This document shows positions 1 to 10,911 of a stretch of DNA of 64,000 bases, piece by piece. A program made the position numbers and the translations under genes. The stretch spans positions 736,001-800,000 of the forward strand of contig CAWEQH010000010.1 in assembly GCA_963811165.1 (NCBI GenBank), read 5' to 3'. Every line of letters starts with the position of its first letter. Within the stretch, counting starts at the first letter, position 1. This stretch comes from an uncultured Nitrospiraceae bacterium. Its GTDB lineage: Bacteria > Nitrospirota > Thermodesulfovibrionia > Thermodesulfovibrionales > UBA6898. The notes under the pieces were generated by a model that was given only the letters and a program-made list of their open reading frames with translations, made no database searches and was not told the origin of the DNA.

Positions 1-963
1 CCTCTTGCTTCCCGACCACTTTCCCCGCTTCGCCAAAGGGGTCCCTTCAACCTCCACGATGTCCATGGCAAAGTCGATGACCGGTGCATTGCTGATTGCC
101 GTACCGATCCCATACCCGTCGACAACAGGGTTAAGGACGGGAAGTTCGTGCTCCTTTATGCCGCCGCTGACATAAAATTTCACGTGTCCAAACCCCCTCA
201 TATCGAGCTCCCACCTTGCCTCCTGGAGGATACGGAAGAAGTCCCCGCGGCGCGACGCAGGCGTGTCGAACCTGACCGCATAAAGTCTGTCTCCCAACGC
301 TTCGGCAACGTTCATGCATTCGAACTTCTCATCGAGGAACGTGTCTATTAACGCGACCCGTTTTACCTCCGGGCCGAGGACCTCGTCATACGCCTTTATT
401 GCATCGACGGTAGATCCGAAACAGATAATAAGGGCATGAGGCATTGTGCCCATCGGGTCCTCGCCTATGATCTCGCCCGACTTAAGCACCGATACGCCGT
501 CGCACCCTCCGATAAAGGCGTTCCTTTCGATCATCGGCGCAAGCACGGGATGCATCCTCCTGGCGCCGAAACTGATGACCGGCCTCTCCCCTGCGAGCTT
601 CTTGAATCTCGACGCCCTGGTGGCGATGCCCGACGCCTGACAGAGAAGCCCCAGGAGCGCCGTTTCATAGACGCAGAAGTCCTGATACATCCCTTCGATC
701 TCCATTATGGGTTCAAAGGGATAGAAGACCGACCCTTCTTTCATCGACCTGACTTTCACAGGGAGATCTTTCATGAGGTACGCCGCCTCCTCAACGCCTG
801 CAAGCACCGCCCAGGGCCAATGTTCGGGCAAGTTCTTGGCGATAAACTCGGCCTTCACCCTTTTGTTTATCTTCTTGGCCTTCAGTATCTTTAGGGTCCG
901 GTCAAAATACACATCGGTGACCCTGCCCTCAAGGATCTCCTTCGACTCAGCAGTATGAAACAT
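1..963 (-). CDS. pncB: Nicotinate phosphoribosyltransferase (compact type), 3' end runs off the window
   Basis: Absent from the ORF track; translated by hand from ATG at 963 (GGAGG upstream): MFHTAESKEILEGRVTDVYFDRT...SFGARRMHP...GTMPHAL...RFDTPASRRG...VSGGI...GYGIGTAISNAPVIDFAMDIVEVEG. Confidence 0.88.
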   Translation of the reverse strand, partial: MFHTAESKEILEGRVTDVYFDRTLKILKAKKINKRVKAEFIAKNLPEHWPWAVLAGVEEAAYLMKDLPVKVRSMKEGSVFYPFEPIMEIEGMYQDFCVYETALLGLLCQASGIATRASRFKKLAGERPVISFGARRMHPVLAPMIERNAFIGGCDGVSVLKSGEIIGEDPMGTMPHALIICFGSTVDAIKAYDEVLGPEVKRVALIDTFLDEKFECMNVAEALGDRLYAVRFDTPASRRGDFFRILQEARWELDMRGFGHVKFYVSGGIKEHELPVLNPVVDGYGIGTAISNAPVIDFAMDIVEVEGTPLAKRGKWSGSKR

Positions 964-1067
964 CTTTCCTCCCGTGCGTCGGGCCTCGCGGCCTTTTATT
1001 TACATTATATATCTGTTCTTGCCTTTCGTCGCAGGGATATGGAAAATAGCTTGTGAAAGAAAATTTA

Positions 1068-1352
1068 ATGAAAAAGATGGTACTGGGCATAGGCTTTTAC
1101 CGGAGGGAGCAGTGGCCCCTTCTCATCGAGACGGCCGTCGATTCTCATCTGCTTGAGAAAACGTATGACGATTGGATGGCGGTCCTCGATTCCTCGATCG
1201 AAAAAATCCGTGCGACCGGGCTCGAACCCGAACTCGTCGACATAGACGTAGAGGAACTTCTCGCCTTCTGCAAAGAAGAGGGTCTTCCGAACAATGCCGC
1301 ATGCAGGGCCAGATTCATCGCAAAGCTCTCCTCGGAACGCAATAAAGAGTGA
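1068..1352 (+). CDS. Hypothetical protein
   Basis: Protein-like ORF MKKMVLGIGFYRREQWPLL..; no motif recognised; alternative GTG start at 1053. Confidence 0.6.
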   Translation: MKKMVLGIGFYRREQWPLLIETAVDSHLLEKTYDDWMAVLDSSIEKIRATGLEPELVDIDVEELLAFCKEEGLPNNAACRARFIAKLSSERNKE

Positions 1353-1401
1353 AGCTTTTTTCCCCTCTGGACATTCATGAAAAAACCGCTATTCTTAAAG
1401 T

Positions 1402-1950
1402 ATGGAGTTGAGGACACTGAGAGTCATTCTTATACTGGTCATTGTGACGGCGTCTCTCTCTCTTTATTCATTCATGGCCGAAGGAAAGGAGGCAAAGATG
1501 GTCGATGCGTTCAGACTTACAAGCAGCGTTTTTGAAAATAACGGAAGCATACCGGCAAAATTCACATGCGACGGAATGGATATAAACCCGCCCCTTGCGA
1601 TTCAGGGCGTTCCCGACAGCGCAAAATCCCTTGCGCTAATCGTCGATGACCCTGACGCCCCGAGGGGGATGTGGGTACACTGGGTGGTATGGAATATCGA
1701 CCCCAAGACCACGGAGATCAGGGAGGATTCTGTGCCGAAGGGAGCGGCGCAGGGAATGAACGACTTCAGAAAACATGATTATGGCGGCCCCTGTCCTCCG
1801 TCAGGCACTCACAGATATTTTTTCAAGCTCTATGCCCTTGATGCTCAGCTCGCTATCGGAGCAAACTCAGAGAAGGCGGCCCTCGAAAAAGCGATGCAGG
1901 GACATATCATTTCACAGGCCCAGATCATGGGCACATACAAAAGGAAATAA
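1402..1950 (+). CDS. YbhB/YbcL family (PEBP, Raf kinase inhibitor-like) protein
   Basis: LIVDDPDAP, WVHWVVWNI and YGGPCPPSGTHRYFFKLYALD motifs; hydrophobic N-terminus. Confidence 0.93.
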   Translation: MELRTLRVILILVIVTASLSLYSFMAEGKEAKMVDAFRLTSSVFENNGSIPAKFTCDGMDINPPLAIQGVPDSAKSLALIVDDPDAPRGMWVHWVVWNIDPKTTEIREDSVPKGAAQGMNDFRKHDYGGPCPPSGTHRYFFKLYALDAQLAIGANSEKAALEKAMQGHIISQAQIMGTYKRK

Positions 1951-2307
1951 CCGGCTTTATTGTCGCTATGTCATCGAGGTTAGAGATCAATCTCTAACGG
2001 GATTTTCACATAGTTGCCGCTAGTTGACCTGCCGGACAATGCCTGAAAGGATCAGCGGGGGTCATTTCACCCCAAAAAAAGGGTTATTTTAGTCACGGGG
2101 TTGAGGGGTAATAAATCGCAGTCATGCGCTACGAACCATAGGGGGAATGCGAACTCCGGGATGTAACTTTATTTTCTGCGAAGCCGCACCGTCCCCCATT
2201 ATTATGCGAGGAAAAAGAGGCGTTTCCTCATATCGGCTGCTGCTGGAGCCTTGACCGGCACAGGGCCCAACAAATGCAGACTGTCCGGACAGTCGTCTAC
2301 AAACGCA

Positions 2308-2427
2308 TCAACGCAGATAAGCTTCAACTGCAAGCATTAAGATGATCATAACGGACAGAGAGCCGACTATCAGGGACAAAATCGCTGCCAGGCTTCTCTG
2401 CTGCACGTTTCCCATGTTTGACATCAT
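2308..2427 (-). CDS. Putative 39-aa single-pass membrane microprotein
   Basis: GGAGGTG RBS, then MMSNMGNVQQRSLAAILSLIVGSLSVMIILMLAVEAYLR*; sigma54-like promoter upstream. Confidence 0.55.
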   Translation of the reverse strand: MMSNMGNVQQRSLAAILSLIVGSLSVMIILMLAVEAYLR

Positions 2428-2511
2428 ATCCGTTCACCTCCTATCCGCCCTTGAAAGGCTCGGGGTAACATTACCTTCCATCCGTCTATGGAGTCATTAA
2501 TATTATCTAAA

Positions 2512-2527
2512 AGCAAGACATATGCCA
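2512..2527 (-). promoter_or_regulatory. Sigma-54 (-24/-12) promoter
   Basis: Minus strand reads TGGCAT-ATGTC-TTGCT, matching TGGCAC-N5-TTGCW. Confidence 0.65.
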
Positions 2528-2827
2528 TTTCGGACAGGCGTGCCTATCGCATAGTATTTCTTGTTACGCATGAGATAGTTACAGGGGGGTTGTCTCATAT
2601 GACATACAGAGGGACAGACAACTAGTGCGTTAAATGACCCCAAGTCGGTGAATTCGCCAAACAGACGGGTGTCCGGGTCGGTCTTTTTGCCATGTCAATC
2701 CGCGCCCTTTCGTCCGGACGTCCATGGTGACGTTCTCCCCTTATCTTGACGCCAATCATCTGATATACTTTTTATGACCGGTGTATAAAGACACAGGTCG
2801 AAAAACAAACAGGAAGGAGGAGCGACG

Positions 2828-3391
2828 ATGAAGATCCGCGATTATTGCAGAGTGGTTGCACTGGTCCTAGGTTTTACGTTTGCGTTCTCTCTGCTTGCCG
2901 CCGTGTCGTATGCGAAGACGAAAGGAGAGATCAACGCCAGCGTCAGAGCAGGGATGAACCGTTTCAAGAAGGAAATCAAGGGGGGCACCGACTATCTCAA
3001 GGGCGCCAAGGGAGTGCTCGTCATGCCGGGCATCACCAAGGCCGGGTTCGTGGTCGGAGGGACATACGGCCAGGGCGCGCTGCTGGTCGGCGGCAAAACC
3101 GTTGACTACTACAGCCTTGCTGAGGGTTCGGTGGGATGGCAGATCGGTGCCGAGAAATACGACATGGTCATCCTGTTTATGACCGATGAGGTACTCAAGA
3201 AGTTCCGAAGGGGTGAGAACTGGGAGGCGGGCGTCGATGCGGAGATCACCCTTATTACCACAGGGGCAGAAGTCTCTGTTGAGACGCTGCGGAGCCAGCA
3301 CCCGATCGCCGGGTTCATTTTCAGTCAGAAGGGCTTGATGGGCGGGGTCTCCATCAAGGGTGCGAAATTCACCAAGATACATCCCGATTAA
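2828..3391 (+). CDS. Lipid-binding SYLF/Ysc84 domain exported protein
   Basis: Signal peptide; KAGFVVGGTYGQG, GSVGWQIGAE and KGLMGGVSIKGAKF motifs; GGAGG RBS. Confidence 0.85.
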   Translation: MKIRDYCRVVALVLGFTFAFSLLAAVSYAKTKGEINASVRAGMNRFKKEIKGGTDYLKGAKGVLVMPGITKAGFVVGGTYGQGALLVGGKTVDYYSLAEGSVGWQIGAEKYDMVILFMTDEVLKKFRRGENWEAGVDAEITLITTGAEVSVETLRSQHPIAGFIFSQKGLMGGVSIKGAKFTKIHPD

Positions 3392-3489
3392 GGACTGATC
3401 TGGCTGTGGGGGCATACCGCCTATAGCAGGGAATGGTCGGAAGTTCCTTGTCTTCCGAGAGTGTCGAGCAGAAGGAGAAAGAAAGAGGT

Positions 3490-5706
3490 TCAGACTTCGG
3501 CTTCAGAGTCCTTGCGCCCGGGTTTAAAATAAAGTACTGCAAGCGGAGGGACTGTGATCTTTACGGAATAGGGTTTCCCGTGCCACGGCACGTTTTCGGA
3601 AGTGACACCGCCGAGGTTCCCCATGTTGCTTCCCCAGTATTCCTGGGAATCGCTGTTCAGTATTTCTTCGTAGAAACACCTCTCCGGGACGCCTATCCTA
3701 TATCCCTGTCTCGGCATCGGGGTGAAATTACAGACGACGACGATATGGTCGTCAGGCTCCTTCGCGCGCCTTATGAAGGCAATGATGCTGTTGTCGGCGT
3801 CCCTGAAATCTATCCACTCAAAACCATTGGCCTCAAAATCGACCTCGTGCAAAGAGGCCTCCGCCACATAGGCGGAATTGAGATCGCGGACGAACTTCTG
3901 TAACTTTCTGTGCTGCTCCTTCTCGAGGACCTGCCAGTCGAGCCCCTGATCGAATTTCCATTCGTCCCACTGCCCGAATTCGTCCCCCATAAAAAGGAGC
4001 TTTTTGCCCGGATGGGCGTACATGAAACCATAGAAGAGCCTCAGATTTGCGAACTTTCTCCAGAGGTCGCCGGGCATCTTGCTAAGCATCGAACTCTTGC
4101 CGTGAACAACCTCGTCATGGGAAAGTACCAGGACAAAATTTTCGGTGAAGGCGTAGATGAGGCCGAAGGTCAGGTTGTTGTGGTGGTATCTGCGGTGTAT
4201 CGGGTCCTTAGAGATATAGACAAGCATGTCGTTCATCCATCCCATGTTCCATTTCATGTCGAAGCCGAGACCGCCCAGATAGACCGGCCTTGAGACGCCC
4301 GGCCAGGCGGTCGATTCCTCAGCGATGGTCAGTATACCGGGGAAAAGCTCGTGCGTGATCTCGTTGAACTTCTTTATGAACTCAATCGCCTCGAGGTTTT
4401 CGTTGCCGCCGTAAATGTTCGGTATCCACTCGCCCGGCCTCCTCGAATAATCGAGGTAGATCATTGAGGCGACGGCATCGACCCTCAACCCGTCTATATG
4501 GTACTTCTCGAGCCAGAAGAGCGCGTTCGATATCAAAAAATTCATTACTTCCTTGCGGCCGTAATTGAAAACCAGCGTGCCCCAGTCTTTGTGTTCGCCC
4601 TTGCGCGTGTCCATATGCTCGTACAGGCATGTCCCGTCGAAAAACCCGAGGCCGTGTCCGTCCTTCGGGAAATGCGCCGGCACCCAGTCAAGGATGACGC
4701 CGATGTCGTTGCGGTGACACATGTCGACAAAGAACATAAAATCCTCAGGGGTGCCGAACCTGCTTGTAGGCGCAAAATACCCTACTGTCTGGTAGCCCCA
4801 CGAGGCGTCAAGCGGATGCTCGGACACCGGAAGAAGTTCGATATGCGTAAAACCCATAAATTTGATGTACGGTATCAGCAGGCCGGCGAGCTCCCTGTAG
4901 GTGAGGAACCTGTTCTCCTCTTCCTTACCCCTCATCCAGGAGCCCAGGTGCACCTCGTACACCGACATGGGGGCTTCGAACCAGTTCATGCGTTCGCGTT
5001 TTTTCATCCATTTTTTATCGGACCAGGAATACCTGTTTATCTCATGGACGATAGAGGCGCTCTTCGGTCTCATCTCGAAACAGAAACCGTAGGGATCGGC
5101 CTTCACCGCGCGATAGTTATGGTAACGGGATTTGATATCGAATTTGTAAAGTTCCCCTTCGCCCAGGCCGGGAATAAATATCTCCCATATCCCCGATCCG
5201 ACAAGCAACCGCATAGGGTGACGGCGGCCGTCCCAGGCGTTAAAGTCGCCTATAACGCTTGCACTTTTCGCGTTCGGCGCCCAGACCGCAAAGTGCACAC
5301 CCTTCATCCCGTCCAGCTCGATTACATGGGCCCCGAGTTTCTCGTAATTCTTATAATGACTGCCCTCGCCTATCAGATGCAGGTCATAATCAGTGAGGAC
5401 TTGCCCAAAGGAATAAGGGTCTACGATTTCGGATATCTCTCCTTCAGCGGTCTTAATCCCGATACGGTAAGGAAATATCTCCCCCGGCAGACGGACGGCA
5501 TAGAAGCCCTTCTTATGGACCTTTTCCATCGCATGCATCTTTTGCGTCGCTTCATCAACGATCCAGGCCTCCTCCGCCTCGGGAAGAAAGGCCCTTGCCT
5601 CAATCCCCTTTTCATCGCCCTCGCCTAACACATGCATGCCGAGCACGGAAAAGGGATCTCCGTGCAGACCGTCGACGATGAGTTTGATGTCTTCCTTAAG
5701 CCCCAT
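3490..5706 (-). CDS. glgB: 1,4-alpha-glucan branching enzyme
   Basis: [55 protein letters not shown]; likely start MGLKEDIK at 5706. Confidence 0.97.
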   Translation of the reverse strand: MGLKEDIKLIVDGLHGDPFSVLGMHVLGEGDEKGIEARAFLPEAEEAWIVDEATQKMHAMEKVHKKGFYAVRLPGEIFPYRIGIKTAEGEISEIVDPYSFGQVLTDYDLHLIGEGSHYKNYEKLGAHVIELDGMKGVHFAVWAPNAKSASVIGDFNAWDGRRHPMRLLVGSGIWEIFIPGLGEGELYKFDIKSRYHNYRAVKADPYGFCFEMRPKSASIVHEINRYSWSDKKWMKKRERMNWFEAPMSVYEVHLGSWMRGKEEENRFLTYRELAGLLIPYIKFMGFTHIELLPVSEHPLDASWGYQTVGYFAPTSRFGTPEDFMFFVDMCHRNDIGVILDWVPAHFPKDGHGLGFFDGTCLYEHMDTRKGEHKDWGTLVFNYGRKEVMNFLISNALFWLEKYHIDGLRVDAVASMIYLDYSRRPGEWIPNIYGGNENLEAIEFIKKFNEITHELFPGILTIAEESTAWPGVSRPVYLGGLGFDMKWNMGWMNDMLVYISKDPIHRRYHHNNLTFGLIYAFTENFVLVLSHDEVVHGKSSMLSKMPGDLWRKFANLRLFYGFMYAHPGKKLLFMGDEFGQWDEWKFDQGLDWQVLEKEQHRKLQKFVRDLNSAYVAEASLHEVDFEANGFEWIDFRDADNSIIAFIRRAKEPDDHIVVVCNFTPMPRQGYRIGVPERCFYEEILNSDSQEYWGSNMGNLGGVTSENVPWHGKPYSVKITVPPLAVLYFKPGRKDSEAEV

Positions 5707-6361
5707 TCCCTTCCTTTCTGCTCTGTACGCTGCTGAACCCCACCAGATCCTAAGTCCGGCGCGAATGCCAATTTCGCCAAGCCTGCACAAAAGATATTAA
5801 CACATCGACTATATCTGATGCATGTGCAGATTCTTACTGAAATTTGACCAATGTGCCGGCTCAGATGATTCCGAACGCTGATTCCGATCCGTTTTGGACA
5901 TCTTTAGAGAATTAGTGACCGATTCATTCAGTTCAGAAAAGAAGTAGCCGCAAGTCGCCATGGCTGACGCGGTTACTCAGTTCTTCACATTTTTCTTCAG
6001 CACGTCGCTTCGGGAAATAATAAATGGTCGGTTCATTTTCAGATAAATGCGTCGCTGTTTTGGAAAAGTCCGATCCCGGAGACTTTAGCAGGAGGAGGAC
6101 ATTACGGTTTTTATTTCAGAGAGAAACTGATGCCTTCTCCGCCGAGATTGGCATGATTGGCGATGATAAAACAAAACAGCCGGCAGGTTGTTTTATGGAT
6201 AGGCAGGCAATTATACACAACGTTGAACTGGCTAAGCGCGGAGCCCTCCTCGATAACGGGGTAACTGTCGCCGGCCTTGGAAGGTATCAAGGAATGTGAG
6301 TGGAATCACGGAACTGAATGCCAAAGTGAGGCTATATATAAATAGAGGTATACATTTCGCC

Positions 6362-7168
6362 ATGACAACCCGTCTTCTGACTCTTATTACGCTTGTTGTT
6401 CTCCTCGTCTGTCCCTCCTTGACCAATAGCGAATTAAGCGATAAGAAGAAGGACCTTCGGCAGGAACGCGTCCCCATCCTGCTTTATCACCGCTTTGGGC
6501 CGGTGGTATCCGACAGCATGACCGTCACAACAGCCGTTTTCAGATCCCAACTGGAATACATCAGGGAAAAGGGGTTTACGGTAATACCTCTTAGACAGCT
6601 TGTCGACTACTATCTGCGAAAGGGGCCGCCTCCGCCTCCCGGGTCTGTTGTGATCGTCGCCGACGACGCCCACAAGTCGGTCTATACCGATATGCTGCCG
6701 CTGGTAAAGAAATATCACATCCCCGTGACGCTTTTTATCTATCCTTCGGCGATATCCAATGCCTCCTATGCCATGACGTGGGAGGAATTAAGGGAGGTCA
6801 AGAGGACCGGCCTCTTCGATCTTCAGGGCCATACATATTGGCATCCGAACTTCAAGAAGGAGAAAAGGAGGTTGCCGGGCGCCGAATATGAGAAGTTCGT
6901 GGATATGCAGTTGAGGAGATCGAAGGACAGGCTGGGCAAAGAACTCGGTGTTACAATCGACATGCTGGCCTGGCCTTTCGGAATTTACGACAACGAACTC
7001 ATCAGGCATGCTTCGGGCGCGGGATACACGGCCGGTTTCACGATAGAGAGAAGGCCCGCGGGCAGCGGGGACAATGTCATGAAGATCCCCCGCTACCTTA
7101 TGCAGAATTCAGATAAAGGGAAGGCATTTGAGATGATCCTGGGGCAGCCCCCGGGAAGAAAGGGTTAA
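6362..7168 (+). CDS. Polysaccharide deacetylase (CE4/NodB-like), exported
   Basis: PILLYHRF, V..DDA, HTYWHP and AWPFG motifs; signal peptide. Confidence 0.9.
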   Translation: MTTRLLTLITLVVLLVCPSLTNSELSDKKKDLRQERVPILLYHRFGPVVSDSMTVTTAVFRSQLEYIREKGFTVIPLRQLVDYYLRKGPPPPPGSVVIVADDAHKSVYTDMLPLVKKYHIPVTLFIYPSAISNASYAMTWEELREVKRTGLFDLQGHTYWHPNFKKEKRRLPGAEYEKFVDMQLRRSKDRLGKELGVTIDMLAWPFGIYDNELIRHASGAGYTAGFTIERRPAGSGDNVMKIPRYLMQNSDKGKAFEMILGQPPGRKG

Positions 7169-7199
7169 TCATGTTCTTCAAGAGAGGCAAGGTGGCACC

Positions 7200-8510
7200 G
7201 TGAAAATCGCCGGGTTCCGTAGTGTACCGTATGTGATGTTTTTGCTCGTATTCTTGTCGGCGCCGGTATTCGCGTCTGATTATGCCGGCGGAAAAGTGGT
7301 GGATTATCTGACGCGGAAGCCGATTGAAGGCGCGATAGTGACAGGAAATAACGAGGTTGTCTATACCGACAATAAAGGCGTTTTTGCGGTTAAGAACTCC
7401 GCAGCGAAGATCGGCATCAGGGCCTATGGCTATGCAAGGGGGGAACTGCCACTCCCCGCGGCTTCTGCCAGGGACCGTCTCACTATCTATCTTAGACCGT
7501 TCGTCCCGAAGGCATTATATCTCACGTACTATGGAATAGGCAGCAGAGTGCTCCGGGAATCGGCCCTGGCCCTGGCGAAGGAGACCGAAATCAATTCCCT
7601 TGTCATCGATGTAAAGGGCGACAGGGGAGTGATAACCTACAAGAGCTCTATCCCCCTTGCATCTGAGATAGGAGCCCAAAGGCTTGTTATCATAAAGGAC
7701 ATAAGGGGCCTGATACAGTCCCTGAGGGAAAAGGGCATTTATACCGTCGCGCGGATTGTTGTCTTCAAGGATGAAGTCCTGGGCAGTGCGCGTCCTGACC
7801 TGACCGTGAAGACCCAGGACGGCAGGATATTTCACGACAGGGAGAACCTTGCCTGGGTAGACCCGTCGAGGAAGGAAGTATGGGACTACAATATCAATAT
7901 CGCTGTGGAGGCGGCGCAAAACGGCTTCGACGAGATACAGTTCGACTATGTGCGCTTTCCGGACAGGAAAGGCTTGCTGTTTGCCGTTGCCAACACAGAA
8001 GAAAACAGGGTGAAATACATATCGGGATTCCTCGGCGAAGCGAAGAGGAGACTGGCGCCCTATAATGTTTTTGTTGCCGCTGATATTTTCGGTTATGTAT
8101 CGTGGAACCTAAACGATACCCAGATCGGACAGAAGATCGAACAGGTTGCTTCGTGCGTAGATTACATATCCCTCATGCTCTACCCGTCAGGGTTTCAGTT
8201 CGGCATACCGGGATACAGGAACCCGGTTGCGCACCCGTACGAGATCGTCTCTCTAACGCTGAAGAGGGCCCGTGAGCGCACAAATATCCCTGCCAGCCGT
8301 TTCAGGCCCTGGCTCCAGGCATTCAAGGATTATGCATTCGACAGGAGGCATTTCTCAGGGCCTGAGATAAGGAGCCAGATAAAGGCTGCGGATGAGTTCG
8401 GCTCCGGCGGGTGGATGCTCTGGAATCCGAAAAATATCTACAAGTCCGACGGGTTGAAAAAAGAGCGGGTTTCGAACAATACTACAAGGCAGGATGGCCC
8501 GACAAGCTGA
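7200..8510 (+). CDS. Putative glycoside hydrolase (DUF4015-like TIM barrel) with N-terminal carboxypeptidase-regulatory-like domain
   Basis: VIDVKGDRG, ARIVVFKD, GFDEIQFDYVRFP, MLYPS, RPWLQAF, WMLWNP. Confidence 0.82.
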   Translation: MKIAGFRSVPYVMFLLVFLSAPVFASDYAGGKVVDYLTRKPIEGAIVTGNNEVVYTDNKGVFAVKNSAAKIGIRAYGYARGELPLPAASARDRLTIYLRPFVPKALYLTYYGIGSRVLRESALALAKETEINSLVIDVKGDRGVITYKSSIPLASEIGAQRLVIIKDIRGLIQSLREKGIYTVARIVVFKDEVLGSARPDLTVKTQDGRIFHDRENLAWVDPSRKEVWDYNINIAVEAAQNGFDEIQFDYVRFPDRKGLLFAVANTEENRVKYISGFLGEAKRRLAPYNVFVAADIFGYVSWNLNDTQIGQKIEQVASCVDYISLMLYPSGFQFGIPGYRNPVAHPYEIVSLTLKRARERTNIPASRFRPWLQAFKDYAFDRRHFSGPEIRSQIKAADEFGSGGWMLWNPKNIYKSDGLKKERVSNNTTRQDGPTS

Positions 8511-10911
8511 GGCAAAGGGAATCGCCGCACTCGAAATGACGTGTTCCGTTCTGGCAGCGCTCTGCCTTCTCTATGTGCTGGTCGTTACTTTCACAGTCCC
8601 GACACAGGCTCAAGCCGACTCAATTCAAAGGTTGCGCGCCGACCAACTGGCACCCATCGCCGATATCGTTGAAAAGGCCATCAGGGACGGCAGGACACCT
8701 GGAGCAGTTGTCCTTATCGGTAATCATGGGGAAGTTGTGTATCGGCGGGCCTTCGGTTTCCGCTCTCTTGAGCCGGAGCAGGTGCCGATGACGGAAGACA
8801 CCATATTTGATATGGCCTCGGTCACAAAGGTCGTCGCCACAACCACCGCAATCATGCAGCTGGCGGAAAAGAGAAAGCTGGATATCGAGGCCCCTGTTGC
8901 CAGCTACTGGCCTGCGTTTAGGAAAAACGGCAAGGCAAAAATAACGTTGCGGCAACTCCTCACCCATTACTCCGGGCTACGCCCCGACCTGAGTTTGAGG
9001 CCGAGGTGGTCAGGGTATAAAGATGCCATGAAAAAAATTATCGCGGAAAGGCCTGAACTTTCTCCGGGAACAGGGTTTATATACAGCGACATAAATTTTG
9101 AAGTCCTGGGCGAGCTTGTCCGACGTGTCTCGGGCCGGCCGCTCGATAAATATTGCGCCGAAAAAATTTTTAAACCTTTGGGAATGAAAGACACCGTCTT
9201 CAGACCATCGGGCTCCCTGCGTGACCGTATTGCCCCCACCCGGAATTGCCTTGAGGGGCCTCCCTGCGGAGGGGCGCATGACCCTTCATGTTGCAAAATG
9301 GGCGGCGTGGCCGGACATGCCGGGCTTTTTTCGACAGCCGATGACCTCTCCATTTTTGCACAAACACTCCTTAACGGAGGGAAACACGGCAATGCGCAGA
9401 TCCTCACCCCTGAGACTGTCGACACGATGACGGCGACACAGACTCCTGCAGGCAAAAAGAATCTTCGGGGGTTTGGTTGGGATCTGGAAGCACCTTTTGC
9501 CTCCAATCGGGAAGAATTGTGCCCTGCGGGCGCTTACGGACATTTGGGCTTCACAGGGACCGCGTTGTGGATTGATCCGGTTTCAGACACCTATATAATT
9601 GTTCTGACAAACCGTGTATATCCGGACGGCAAGGGCGACGTGAAGGAATTGCGGGCGCAGATCAAGAAGACCGTTGCTGATGCGCTCGGGCCGGTTTCGG
9701 ACGAACAGGTTCTGGAGAGGAGGCCCTCGCTGGCGAGCTGTTACGAGCGCACAAAGAGACAACGGGCGCAGGGTTTGCGCCGCGAGAGAGTGCTGACTGG
9801 GATCGATGTCCTGTCTGCCGAAAATTTTCTGCCCCTCAAAGGCCTGCGCGTGGGACTCATCACGAATCATACGGGACGCGATTCCTCCGGACGGAGTACC
9901 ATCGACCTGCTCCGCAACGCGCCCGGCGTGAAACTGACAGCCGTCTTCAGTCCTGAACACGGCCTGTCCGGCAGGGAAGACACGTGCGTGGCATCCGGTG
10001 TGGATTCCGCTACCGGCCTGCCTGTATTCAGTCTTTACGGCAAAGTAAGAAAACCGACGGAGGAAATGCTTAATGGTCTGGATGCACTGGTCTTCGACAT
10101 CCAGGACGCGGGCGTCCGCTTCTATACGTATATCACGACTATGGGGTATGCGATGGAAGCCGCCGCAAAGAAAGGGATAGCATTTTATGTCTTGGACAGG
10201 CCCGATCCCATTAACGCCTCCCTGGTGCAGGGACCTGTCCTGGACAAAGAGTTAAAGTCTTTTACCGGTTATTTCCCATTGCCCGTGCGGCACGGAATGA
10301 CGGTGGGGGAACTTGCCGGGATGTTCAACGCAGAAACCGGGATTGGAGTGAAACTGTACGTTATCAAAATGTCGGGGTATAAGCGCACCGAGTGGTTCGA
10401 CGAGACGGGCCTTCTGTGGATCAGCCCCTCCCCCAACCTGCGCAGTCTCACTGAGGCCATTCTTTACCCCGGAGTGGCAATGGTCGAGGGCGCCAACGTG
10501 AGCGTCGGGCGCGGGACTGATACGCCCTTCGAACTTCTTGGCGCCCCGTGGATCAATGCTGAAGAACTCGCAGCGGCCCTGAACAGCAGAAATATCAAGG
10601 GAGTAAATTTTACGCCGATTGTTTTTGTGCCGAAGAGTGACATATATGTAAATCAAGTCTGTCACGGAGTGCGGATAGCTCTGACTGACAGGCAGGCGCT
10701 TGATGCGGGAGCCATGGGAATTGAGGTTGCGGGAGCACTCTATACGCTTTACCCCCGCGATTTTCAGCTCTTTAAAACGCTGGGTCTTATCGGATCACGC
10801 GGAGTTCTACAGGCCATCAGGGACGGCAAGACTTCTGAGTCGATCACGCCCCAGTGGAGGAATACTCTTGAACAATTTGTGAATTTGCGGGCGAAGTATC
10901 TGCTCTATTAG
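8494..10911 (+). CDS. Serine hydrolase (beta-lactamase class C/AmiE-like) fused to NamZ (DUF1343) exo-beta-N-acetylmuramidase
   Basis: N-half SVTK, LLTHYSGL, YSD, GHAGLFST, GHLGFTG; C-half GLITNHTG, FSPEHG, FDIQDAGVRFYTY, LDRPDP, RHGMTVGELA, SPSPN, SVGRGT. Confidence 0.9.
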   Translation: MARQAEAKGIAALEMTCSVLAALCLLYVLVVTFTVPTQAQADSIQRLRADQLAPIADIVEKAIRDGRTPGAVVLIGNHGEVVYRRAFGFRSLEPEQVPMTEDTIFDMASVTKVVATTTAIMQLAEKRKLDIEAPVASYWPAFRKNGKAKITLRQLLTHYSGLRPDLSLRPRWSGYKDAMKKIIAERPELSPGTGFIYSDINFEVLGELVRRVSGRPLDKYCAEKIFKPLGMKDTVFRPSGSLRDRIAPTRNCLEGPPCGGAHDPSCCKMGGVAGHAGLFSTADDLSIFAQTLLNGGKHGNAQILTPETVDTMTATQTPAGKKNLRGFGWDLEAPFASNREELCPAGAYGHLGFTGTALWIDPVSDTYIIVLTNRVYPDGKGDVKELRAQIKKTVADALGPVSDEQVLERRPSLASCYERTKRQRAQGLRRERVLTGIDVLSAENFLPLKGLRVGLITNHTGRDSSGRSTIDLLRNAPGVKLTAVFSPEHGLSGREDTCVASGVDSATGLPVFSLYGKVRKPTEEMLNGLDALVFDIQDAGVRFYTYITTMGYAMEAAAKKGIAFYVLDRPDPINASLVQGPVLDKELKSFTGYFPLPVRHGMTVGELAGMFNAETGIGVKLYVIKMSGYKRTEWFDETGLLWISPSPNLRSLTEAILYPGVAMVEGANVSVGRGTDTPFELLGAPWINAEELAAALNSRNIKGVNFTPIVFVPKSDIYVNQVCHGVRIALTDRQALDAGAMGIEVAGALYTLYPRDFQLFKTLGLIGSRGVLQAIRDGKTSESITPQWRNTLEQFVNLRAKYLLY

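Noticed and set aside
4498..5628. Long + strand ORF (376 aa), and similar ones at 16049-17569, 18003-19169 and 27710-29260
   Set aside because: Shadow ORFs antisense to, or out of frame with, well-supported genes (glgB, MCP, tlyA, argS); no motifs.
5790..6360. Long spacer before the cell-wall operon as a possible c-di-AMP (ydaO) riboswitch
   Set aside because: No recognisable conserved core; only a short TGATTCCGA repeat.
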